Origin: Schmidtea nova
Lineage: Eukaryota
Length of the DNA: 64,000 bases
NCBI GenBank assembly: GCA_044892505.1
Contig: CM097883.1
Coordinates: 23,188,001 to 23,252,000 of the forward strand
Direction: 5' to 3'
Shown: positions 40,025 to 51,101 of the stretch, piece after piece
Numbering within the stretch: the first letter of the stretch is position 1
How the letters are laid out: each line of letters begins with the position of its first letter
Position numbers and translations under genes: made by a program
The notes under the pieces: model-generated
Databases searched by the model: none
What the model saw: the letters and a program-made list of their open reading frames with translations, nothing else
What the model was told of the DNA's origin: nothing

Positions 40025-40821
40025 AGTAGATAGTTATGAGAAGCATAACTCATCGAAATTACGTCATAATTACATAATATTTCGTGACCCCCCCCCCCGT
40101 GTAAATTCTTTAAATTTTTTTTTTTTTGAAAATTTTACCTTGGAACCTTTGACCATAGACCTTTGAGCGTATAACTACCATGTACATCTCTCAAATACCT
40201 TTCGAATGATATGTATATTACTAGGGTTTAAAATTTTTGAATCTTGCACTTTTCAAGGGTACGACCATTGTGTGCACATCTCAATTAGCTTTTGTTTGAT
40301 ACCCATATTATATATATTAGACCCTTTAAAGGTTGAGCACCCTCCATGTACCTTCAAGGGTATGACTACCATACTCACCCTTTAATTACCTTTTGTTTGA
40401 TGTACATATTATAAGAATTAAAAAAGGTTGAAGGTTTTTGACCCTTTCAAGGTTCAGGACACTCCATACACCTTTGAAAGTATGACCATCATACTTACCT
40501 CTCAATTACCTTTTGTTTGATATGTATATTATAAGGTTTGAAAAAAGTTGAAGGTTTTTGACCCTTTGAAGGTCAATGACCCTCCATAAACCTTCGAGGG
40601 TATGACCATTGGATAGACCTCTCCAAGACCTTTCGAATGATACCATTGTTTGAAGGTTTGACCTTATTTGACCTTTGGAAATTTAAATTTAAAATTTGAA
40701 TTTGAAATTACGTCATCGATTACGCCATCAAAAAAAAATCGGGGGGGGAGGGGGGGGGTCACGAAATATTACGTAATTATGACGTAATTTTGATGAGTCA
40801 TGCTCCTCATAACTATCTACT
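40025..40821 (+). mobile_element. 797-bp non-coding mini-element with AGTAG/CTACT ends
   Basis: About 70-bp imperfect TIRs starting AGTAGATAGTTATGAG; internal 120-bp repeats (GACCCTTT at 40320, 40440, 40560); repeated TTACGTCAT motifs. Confidence 0.8.
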
Positions 40822-41488
40822 ATCCTGTTTTTTTTCTGACGGGTTCTTTGACACTTTATTCGGGCCTGATCAGGTTTTAAGTGTAACAATAGATAGACAG
40901 AATTTTATTGTCTACAAAATGGCTGAATTAAAAATTCAAAATGTTGTGTATATTGTTGTGCACACGTGTTTTGTCATTAAATTTGTTTATTTCACCTAAA
41001 TAAAATAACTTTTTTGAGTTTTCATTGTAATATTGTATAGATAAAATTTAATTGTCTACAAAATAGCTTTATTAGAATTCTGAAAGTTGTCGTATTTTGT
41101 GATGCACACGTGTTTTATTTTGAATTTTCAAATTTTTAACAATATAAAGTAACTTTATGTATTTTTCATTGTAATAAAGTATAAGTAAAATTTAATTTCC
41201 TATAAAATGGCTTGATTAGAAATTTAGTTTGTTGGTGTGTTTGTAATGCACACGTGTTTTGTAATTAATTTTACATTTTCGTGTATATAAAATAAATTTA
41301 TTGAGTTTTCCTTGTAATATTATATGTGTAAAATTTAAATGTCTACAAAATTGCTTTATTAGAAATCTGAAAGTTGTCGTATTTTGTAATACACACGTGT
41401 TTTGTAATTAATTTTGCATTTTTCGTGTATATAAAATAAATTTATTGAGTTTTCATTGTAATAAAGTATAAGTACAATTTAATTTCCT
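40822..41488 (+). repeat. Central spacer: direct copy of 42287-42953 and inverted copy of 39358-40024
   Basis: Starts ATCCTGTTTT like 42287 (offset 1465); contains four CACGTG units; stops at AATTTCCT, where AGTAGTAG begins. Confidence 0.9.
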
Positions 41489-42286
41489 AGTAGTAGATAG
41501 TTATGAGGAGCATGACTCATCAAAATTACGTCATAATTACGTAATATTTCGTGACCCCCCCTCCCCCCCGATTTTTTTTTGATGGCGTAATCGATGACGT
41601 AATTTCAAATTCAAATTTTAAATTTAAATTTCCAAAGGTCAAATAAGGTCAAACCTTCAAACAATGGTATCATTCGAAAGGTCTTGGAGAGGTCTATCCA
41701 ATGGTCATACCCTCGAAGGTTTATGGAGGGTCATTGACCTTCAAAGGGTCAAAAACCTTCAACTTTTTTCAAACCTTATAATATACATATCAAACAAAAG
41801 GTAATTGAGAGGTAAGTATGATGGTCATACTTTCAAAGGTGTATGGAGTGTCCTGAACCTTGAAAGGGTCAAAAACCTTCAACCTTTTTTAATTCTTATA
41901 ATATGTACATCAAACAAAAGGTAATTAAAGGGTGAGTATGGTAGTCATACCCTTGAAGGTACATGGAGGGTGCTCAACCTTTAAAGGGTCTAATATATAT
42001 AATATGGGTATCAAACAAAAGCTAATTGAGATGTGCACACAATGGTCGTACCCTTGAAAAGTGCAAGATTCAAAAATTTTAAACCCTAGTAATATACATA
42101 TCATTCGAAAGGTATTTGAGAGATGTACATGGTAGTTATACGCTCAAAGGTCTATGGTCAAAGGTTCCAAGGTAAAATTTTCAAAAAAAAAAAAATTTAA
42201 AGAATTTACACGGGGGGGGGGGGTCACGAAATATTATGTAATTATGACGTAATTTCGATGAGTTATGCTTCTCATAACTATCTACT
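41489..42286 (-). mobile_element. Second, inverted copy of the mini-element
   Basis: Reverse complement of 40025-40821, differing only in homopolymer lengths as far as seen; its left end reads AGTAGTAGATAG. Confidence 0.8.
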
Positions 42287-42360
42287 ATCCTGTTTTTTTT
42301 CTGACGGGTTCTTTGACACTTTATTCGGGCCTGATCAGGTTTTAAGTGTAACAATAGATA

Positions 42361-43451
42361 GACAGAATTTTATTGTCTACAAAATGGCTGAATTAAAAAT
42401 TCAAAATGTTGTGTATATTGTTGTGCACACGTGTTTTGTCATTAAATTTGTTTATTTCACCTAAATAAAATAACTTTTTTGAGTTTTCATTGTAATATTG
42501 TATAGATAAAATTTAATTGTCTACAAAATAGCTTTATTAGAATTCTGAAAGTTGTCGTATTTTGTGATGCACACGTGTTTTATTTTGAATTTTCAAATTT
42601 TTAACAATATAAAGTAACTTTATGTATTTTTCATTGTAATAAAGTATAAGTAAAATTTAATTTCCTATAAAATGGCTTGATTAGAAATTTAGTTTGTTGG
42701 TGTGTTTGTAATGCACACGTGTTTTGTAATTAATTTTACATTTTCGTGTATATAAAATAAATTTATTGAGTTTTCCTTGTAATATTATATGTGTAAAATT
42801 TAAATGTCTACAAAATTGCTTTATTAGAAATCTGAAAGTTGTCGTATTTTGTAATACACACGTGTTTTGTAATTAATTTTGCATTTTTCGTGTATATAAA
42901 ATAAATTTATTGAGTTTTCATTGTAATAAAGTATAAGTACAATTTAATTTCCTATAAAATGGCTTGATTAGAAAATTAGTTTGCTAGTGTGTTTGTAATA
43001 CACACGTGTTTTGTAATTAATTTTGCATTTTTCGTGTATATAAAATAAATTTATTGACTTTTCATTGTAATAAAGTATAGATAAAATTTAAATTGCTATA
43101 AAATGGCTTGATTCAAAATCTAAAAGTTGTCGTTTTTGGTGTTACACACGTGTTTTGTAATTAATTTTGCATTTTTCATGTATATAAAATAAATTTATTG
43201 ACTTTTCATTGTAATAAAGTATATGTAAAATTTAATTTCCTATAAAATGGTTTGATTCAAAATCTAAAAGTTGTCGTTTTTCGTGTTACACACGTGTTTT
43301 GTAATTAATTTTGTAAGTTTTAGTTATTTAAAATAACTTTAGTGAGTTTTCATTGTAATTACATATAGATAAAATTTAAATATCTATAAAATGGCTTGAT
43401 TCAAAATTAAGTATATTGATATGTTTGTGATGCACACGTGTTTTGTAATAA
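42361..43451. repeat. Tandem array of 8 x 144 bp with CACGTG (right arm)
   Basis: Mirror of 38860-39950; first CACGTG at 42428. Confidence 0.9.
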
Positions 43452-43859
43452 AATACTGGGATTTTTTCGACTATTTAGCATAGATTTATCGAATATTTAT
43501 TTTAATCATGTGTAGATATAATTTAATTTTCTATCATATACTAATGAAAATTATAAAGGTTTTGTGTGTGTTATTGACAATTCTAATGTATTTTATCAAA
43601 ATTAATTAAAATATTTTTTATAACTGACGTAATTATTGAAATGTAATATAATTTAGACGTAATTTACTGAAATATTTAGTCTAATATATTTTAATCATAT
43701 GACATGCATGCAATTCATTGAAATATTTTATAACTTTGATGTGTATTATAATTTGTTGAAATAACTTTTCTAGTTTTTTTAAAATACTGCAACGTAATAT
43801 ATAATTAGTCATAATTCTCTATCTGATGATAATAATACCTTTACTGCCTCTTACTCGAT

Positions 43860-43970
43860 TCTGATTGGCTGATAAGAATAAATTTCCTACCCCTTACTCG
43901 ATTTTTATTGGTCAAAGGTTATGTGTGTGTAATAACTTTGATATATAAACAATACTTTTTCATTCATTAT
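43860..43970 (+). promoter_or_regulatory. Putative Pol II promoter of the right PolB
   Basis: Two inverted CCAAT boxes (ATTGG at 43864 and 43907), TATATAAA at 43942-43949 and TCATT initiator-like sequences near 43960, upstream of the ATG at 43999. Confidence 0.5.
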
Positions 43971-43998
43971 TCACTTTTACAAATAATAAACTTTAAAA

Positions 43999-46900
43999 AT
44001 GAACACGATAACAAGTTTTATGAACGAAAACCCAAGTGGGAAAGAAAACGGTAAATTTATTTTTTAATTTATTATCATTTAGTAGTAATTTAGGTAATAT
44101 CAATAATTCAATTGGGAAATCGTTGTTAGAAAATACAGAAGAAAATGGTACTTAATCTTAAACATAATATATTATTTAATTTTTACTTTAGGTGATGTAA
44201 ATATGACTGAACTAACTACCGTACAAACTAAGATTATTAGTGACGAAAATAATATGAATAATGGAGTTATACCTGATGTGGTATTGAATGACCAATGTAA
44301 GTATTGATTAATTTTAATTAATTTAATTATATTTTAATTAATTTAGTAAATAAATATAGTAAAATATTTGTAAATATATAATTTGATAATATTATTATTA
44401 TTTTTAACATTAATTTACATTCATAGGTGCTTTATACCCAAATTATTGCTTTTCAACTGACCACAACGATAATTGTCATCGATCAATGGAGCAATATTAT
44501 GGACACTCTTATTATAAAATTCGCTATTATATATGTCCCGTATGCCAAACTTCCCAACCCCTTACATATAAAAATTTTTACGATGAACATAAGGATCATT
44601 TAAATGAATATAGGTCTAAGAAAATAAAATTATTTAAAAGACCAAACTTGACTCAAAACCCTATTAATAATAAAAAGATTAAATTGAACATAGAAATAAT
44701 CAAGAAATCACAAAATTTACAAGAAGAGATTGAAGATAAGATTTTATTAGAAGCGATGGAAGCGGACGAAACGGACAAAAACAAGATTTTAATTGAAACG
44801 GTGGAAGAGATTGAAGATTTTTGGAACGTTGGATTTTATCAAACTGGAGGAAGTGTTATAGAACCTCTCCCTGTCATTGAAAGTGATTTAAATGGATCGC
44901 ATAGGATTTTAAAAATTAACACTAGTGATTTAAATATAAAGCAAATTATTTTTCCACAATCATTAATTAATAAATTAATAGAAATAATTAATGAAATAGG
45001 CTATGTGAAGATACAATTTGGTATCTGTGTTGAATTTGAGAAAGATGGAGAAATTAAAAGAAACAATATTTCCAATAGTGCAAAACCTCTGACACAGACA
45101 TTTTTCGAAGAGGGAATTAAAAAATTGAATGAAAAGATAACTTCATTTGCGGAATTAGGTAGCAGTTGGGTACTTAATCGTATTACTGAAATAAGTTTTG
45201 TTGTAACTAAGATATCCAATATAAGTAGGTTAGCAGGTAGAAGCATTGTAAAAACTCCTGAAAGATTAAAAGGAAAGAGATGTATATTAAACATTGATAA
45301 TAAGGATAATTTATGTTTTTTATATAGCATTTTAGCTATATTAAAATATGATTCAATATCTAGAAATAAAGAAAGAGTATCAAAATATACAAATTTTTTG
45401 TCAGAGCTCAAATATGATATATCAGACATGCCCATGAAATTAAATAGTATCAGAAAATTCGAAGCAAAGAATCCAGGATTGATCATAAATGTACTATGTT
45501 ATAATAATGAAATTAATGAAGAGCAAGATGATTATATTTTAAAGCATCCTCATTTGGATATTATTCATCGGTCAAAAGTAATAGAAGGAAAAACTATAAA
45601 TTTATTGTTATTAAATGAAGGGGAAAAATATCATTATGTACCTATTATAAATTTAAAACGTTTAATGAATTGTCACCAAAGCATTTATTGTACTACTAGG
45701 ATAAGAAGCGAATGGTGCAGTAGATGTTTAAATGGTTTCCCAAATAAAATATCGTTGGAAAAACATGAGATTTTATGCAGAAAAAATCAACTAGGAACAA
45801 CATTATACACTTTCCCGGAAAATAAAATGCTTAAATTTTCAGATTGGTCAAAAACTGTTACCCCACCATTTGTTATTTATGCAGACTTTGAAGCTATTTT
45901 ACCAAAGGATGATGTATATTATCAGAAACACTTGCCTATTTCTGCGGGGCTTTTGTTAATAAATAACTTTGATGGGACAAAATCTTACCAACAATTTATT
46001 GGACTAAATTGTGTAGATGAATTTTTAAAAGCGATTGAAGATATTGCTTTATTAAAAGTTCTTCCATATTACAATAAAAATGGAAACAAACCAATGAATA
46101 GATTGACTGAAATTGAAGAGGATCAATTTAAAAATGGTACCACTTGTTACCTTTGCATGAAAAATATCGTAGATCCTGTAAGAGACCATGACCATTTCAC
46201 TGGGAAATATTTAGGTGCAGCATGTCAAACGTGTAACATTAATAGAAAAATCAACAAGTCTTTACCAATAGTTTTTCATAACTTGAAAGGATATGATATG
46301 CACCATATTCTTAAACATGGATTAAATAAGTTCAAGAATTGGTCATTGGGTTGTATACCAATTACAACTGAAAAATTTATTTCATTGATAGCTCATGTTG
46401 ACAAGATTAGTTTAAGATTTATAGACTCATACCAGTTTGTGAATGATTCTTTGGCAAAGGCAGTGAAAACGTTGAAATCTTTACCTTTGACAAATTTGGT
46501 TTTTAATGGAACTATAGTTTCTGAAAAGGGGATTTTTCCGTATAGCTTTGCTACAAGTTTAGAAGTACTTGAAAATACTTATGAGTTACCACCAATCTGG
46601 AAAGGTGTTTCAAAAGAAGAATATGAAAAGGCACAACTGATTTGGACAGAAACAAACTGTGTTACTCTTTTAGATTATATGATGACTTACTTGAAACTTG
46701 ATTGCTTTCTTTTGGCTGATTTCTTTCAGCAATTTCGAACCAAATCTATAGCTCACAATAGATTAGAACCATTGAATTACTTCGGTATTCCTGGCATGTC
46801 TTGGTCATCTTCTTTAATGACTTTAGATGAACCAATAGAATTAATAACAGAAAATGAAATGTTTAGCTTTTATGAAGGGGGAATTCGAGGAGGTTTGACT

Positions 46901-48220
46901 TTTGTAAATAAACACTTCGTTAAAACCGATGAAAATACAGAATTATTGTATATCGATATAAATAATCTTTACGGATGGGCTTTAAGTGAACCTTTACCTT
47001 GTGGAGAATTTAGTTGGGTGACTGATAATTTAGATAATATTTTGCATGACTGTATTAATCTAAATCTTGAATCTATATCTTACGGTTACACTTTAGAGGT
47101 AGATTTGGAAATACCTGCTGAAATTCATGATTTCTTGGATGATTTCCCGGTAGCTGCAGAAAAAATGAAACCACGAGGTTCAAAAGTAGAAAAATTACTA
47201 TTGACTCATTACCCTAAAAATAATTATATAATTCATTGGCGATTACTTCAATTATATTTAGGACTTGGTGTTAAAGTCACAAAGATAAATAGAGCAGTTA
47301 AATTTAAGCAATATCCTATTTTCAAAAAATATATAGACACCAACACTGAATTGCGGGCGAAAAGTACTAATACTTTAGATAAAAACTTTTTCAAATTACT
47401 CAATAATAGTCTGTATGGCAAAACCGTGGAAAATCTTAAAAGGAGAATGAATTTAAGATTATGTTCAACGGAGAAAAAACTAGTTATATATACATCCAAA
47501 CCTTCTTTCAAAAAATCTATTAAAATCGACGATAATTTAGTTGCTGCTTTATTAAATCCAGATTCGATTTGTTTAGATAGACCGAGTTATATTGGACAAT
47601 CGGTGCTTGATTTATCAAAACTTCGAATGTACGAATTACAATACAAAGATTTACAAAAATATCGCGACAAATATAGTTGTCAGATAAATATCGTAGCAGG
47701 CGATACAGATTCGTTTTTTCTAGAAATTAAAAATCTAAAATTAGAAATATTATTAAATGAAATGAAAAATGATAACTTGTTAGATACATCAAATTATCCA
47801 ACTGATCACCCACTATACAGCAAGAAATTGGATTCTGTTATTGGGAAATTCAAAGATGAAAGTAAGGGTGAAGGATATGATGAGTGGATTTTCCTTAGAC
47901 CGAAATGTTACAGCTTGTTGGGTAAAACTAATACTACAAAAGCTAAGGGAGCAACATTAAAGGATACTAAAATAGACCACGATTCATATGTAAAATGTTA
48001 TTTAAATAACTCAGAGATTAGTGTACCACAATTTAGAATAGGTACAAAAAATCATCAGTTATATAGCTTTAAAAATTCAAAAATTGCACTAACTAATAAT
48101 GATGATAAAAGGGTTTGGGTGGGAAAAAATGAAAGTTGTGCATACGGGCATTATAAAGACACTAATGACAGAGAATTCAATCAAGTTACAGAAGAAGACG
48201 ATGAAGAAGATTTATTTTAA
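43999..48220 (+). CDS. polB: Protein-primed family B DNA polymerase, right copy; 1244-aa ORF, 1334 aa if spliced
   Basis: Same motifs as the left copy, with one Met/Ile difference. Predicted exons 43999-44050, 44094-44147, 44192-44296 and 44427-48220; AATAAA follows the stop. Confidence 0.95.
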
Positions 48221-48520
48221 TAAAATTTGTATTTATTTTAATAAAATTTAGTTAAAAATGTTTTTTTTTATTTATTTGAATTGTTATTAGTTAAAAATGT
48301 TTCTTTTTATTAGTTAAAAATTTTTCTTTTTATTAGTTAAGACTTTTATTGGTTTAAAAAAGAATTTTGTGAAAAAAAGAATTTCATTTTATATTTAAAA
48401 ATTTACCAACTCTGATTTCTCCAAAAAATTAATTTTACCCTTTTTTTTTATTAAATTTTAAATATTGTGTCATTTCAACTCTCACATTACTAGAGTCCCT
48501 TTTTGCCCGAGAAAAATCTC

Positions 48521-48884
48521 GGAGCTAAAAATCCCTGTACAAAAGACCGAGAAAAGTTTTCCAATACAAAGATCGACCCAAAAACATAATGGCCCGCAAA
48601 CGCACCTGTACAAAAGACCGACAATAAATTTCCAATTCAATAATGACCAGAAAAACATAGTGGCCCGTCAACGCACCTGTACAAGAGACCGACAATAAAT
48701 TTCCAATACAATAATGACCAGAAAAACATAGTGGCCCGTCAACGCACCTGTACAAGAGACCGACAAAAATTTTCCAATAAAAAAGATTGACCCAAAAACA
48801 TAATGGCCCGCTAACGCATCTGTACAAAAGACCGACAATAAATTTCCAATACAAAAAATGGCCAGAAAAAACATAGTGGCCCGT
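48521..48884. repeat. Subterminal 71-73 bp tandem repeat (right arm)
   Basis: Mirror of 33427-33790. Confidence 0.9.
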
Positions 48885-48966
48885 AAACTCAGAAAAAAAA
48901 AATTCTAGGGGGGTGGGGGGGGTGGGTAGAATTTGAAGTGAGTTCAAGGGCCATTAATTACCTACT

Positions 48967-49190
48967 ATCACTAATATTGGAAACTCACTTCGGTCGACCA
49001 TGTTCAAGAACTTGAGTACAGAGATGACGAGTGGTCTCTTCAATGTATGTGGCATCACACCTATTACGTTGAAATTGATAAACGAGATCTGGACACAATC
49101 GAAACGGAGTTTGCGACTTATTAAGAAACATATTACTCAGTTTGCAGGAATTGGAGACAATATTAAAATTTAACCCGCTCAACAGCTTAC
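48967..49190 (-). mobile_element. Penelope-like GIY-YIG remnant, continuing at about 33290-33345 on the other side of the insertion
   Basis: LVYQFQRNRCDATYIEETTRHLCTQVLEHGRPK*VSNISD continues as HNK(I)CNGKIG once the element and one TSD copy are removed. Confidence 0.75.
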
Positions 49191-49280
49191 CTAATTTCTT
49201 TATATTATAAATTCATTTTCTTTAATAAAAAGCAAAAGTAATTCACATTAAGAAATTGACTAACTTAAGAAATGTTTTAA

Positions 49281-49596
49281 CCCTTTCGCTGCGTAAATCG
49301 TACGAAGCCGTAAAATATTTTGGTGGCTCGTATGCTAGAACTAGTTTAATACGCAGGTAAAATTTTGGTACTAACTGCTTAGAACGAACACATAGGCTGT
49401 ATTATAATTATGTTATAACAAATAAAAATGCTATAGGCATGTTTGTTTTTTGTTATTAAATAGTAAATTAACTGCGGATACCGTGTATATACGCACGTAC
49501 ATCATACATAGTGCTACAAACGTACTAATCCGCGCGCCTGACAAAAACGCCGCACAGGAGGTCTAGAGCGCTTAAACACGCGCAGAAGCGAAAGGG
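49281..49596. mobile_element. piggyBac-type MITE (316 bp)
   Basis: TTAA on both sides (49277-49280, 49597-49600); TIRs CCCTTTCGCT / AGCGAAAGGG. Confidence 0.85.
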
Positions 49597-49630
49597 TTAA
49601 GAGATTTCTAGTTTTGTTGTTGAGAAGACT

Positions 49631-50690
49631 GTGCTAAATATGAGTCAGATTGTGTTGCTTGGAAATAATGAACGGATTGTGAAATTTGGAATAAATCATT
49701 ACATTAAAAATCGGATTGATGAAAATAAATTGTGTGCGAAGATTGAACGCTTGAATTATCTTATATGTATGTCAACTAAGGATGTTAATTTGCATAATGT
49801 TAACAGTTTTCGGAATTCGAGTACAAATGAGTATATGGATAAAAATAACATAAAAACCACGATAATTTGGTTTTGATGAAATAAATAAGAAATTTGAAGA
49901 AAATAAATAAAATAATATTCATGAAAAGGAGTGATACTAACCTATAAAGGATGAAGTTTTATTGAAGTTTATCTTGTAAGGTTTTATCAATGATGGACTT
50001 ATTGATGAAAGTGGTTAAATTTATTATTACTAAGAGATCGCCACCAGAAAAATTGAAGACTTCCAAAGGTTCATATAAAAGACATTTTTTATTTATGGTT
50101 GGTACTATACAAAATAAGATAGTAAGCATTTGGATGAATTATCAAAACCTTTAATGCGATAAAAGTTTGTATGTACGGATAGATTTGAATTTACATCATA
50201 TATTGCACAGGTGAATGAAAATAATGTGAATAAGTATATGGTTTAATTCGATATATGTTATTTGTTTACTAATGTCCCATAGGTGAAAACAATTGATTTA
50301 TGCAGTGAATTGTAGAATGATAATATATCTGAACATCATCTGTTGGACGGGAATGCATTTCGTAAGCTTCTAGAGTTTTGCTACTTCCAAAGTTAATTTT
50401 CTTTTTAATAATAAATAATATCAACAAATGGGTCGAGTTGCTATGGGTTCTCCTTCGGCACCAACGATGACTTCAATTTTTAGTGAGTTTAGACAAGAAA
50501 TTTGCTTCTTTCCAATTTGAAAAGCCAATTGTTTATAAAAGATCATGTGCAGCCATTTTGAATTATATGAATGGTTTACATAAAAACATTGAGTTCACAT
50601 GTGAAAATGAGAATGAATTTTCTGTTTCAGATCTATTAATCAAATGCAAGGATGAATCGTATGAGAAAGAGGTGTGATTATCATATTTAA
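49631..50690 (+). mobile_element. Degenerate Penelope-like reverse transcriptase fragments
   Basis: LFTNVP, MGSPSAPT and NYMNGLHKNIEFTCENENEFSVSDLLI match Penelope RT motifs. Confidence 0.7.
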
Positions 50691-51101
50691 CAAACATAAA
50701 CCTCTGACACCTAATAATTTAATATTGGGTAATTTTTAGATACATCATTACCGGGAGTAACCAGTTATCTTTAAATGGTAAAATGAATACATTTGTGATG
50801 CGGAAATGATTGGAATGGAAATATGCTACCGAACGGGTAACTGGAGCGCTGATAATAAATAAATACTAAAAAAAGAATTGAAATAGCAGATCATATCGAA
50901 ACGTGAAAACGTTGAACATTTAATAATAAAATTTGATCAAAAAATAGACAGAAAATGCACAAATATTTACAGACATCTGTAAATAATAATTCCAAGAGGC
51001 TTATTTTAATTAAATTAAAAATAAGATTTTGTAACTGGCGTACTGGGGCTATCAGAACTTGACGAACAAGTCGACAGCCTCCTTCCTTCGGATTTGTCAT
51101 T

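Larger units (their letters stand above)
33346..48966. mobile_element. Palindromic PolB-only Polinton/Maverick-type element (15,621 bp) with 6-bp TSD
   Basis: ATCACT at 33340-33345 and 48967-48972; termini AGTAG...CTACT; 33346-40821 is the reverse complement of 41492-48966; only pPolB ORFs inside. Confidence 0.9.

Noticed and set aside
40025-40821. TSD for the mini-element
   Set aside because: Flanks are inverted (CAGGAT/ATCCTG), not direct; no direct duplication at the second copy either.
39847-42464. Three near-identical 68-69 aa ORFs
   Set aside because: They straddle the mini-element/array junction and are repeated only because the DNA is repeated.
33346-48966. Giant palindrome as a pure fold-back read or assembly artefact
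   Set aside because: Symmetry stops exactly at the AG/CT termini, a 6-bp TSD is present, the flanks rejoin into one frame, and the arms differ at two or more sites. Not fully excluded without raw reads; the central order is the least secure part.
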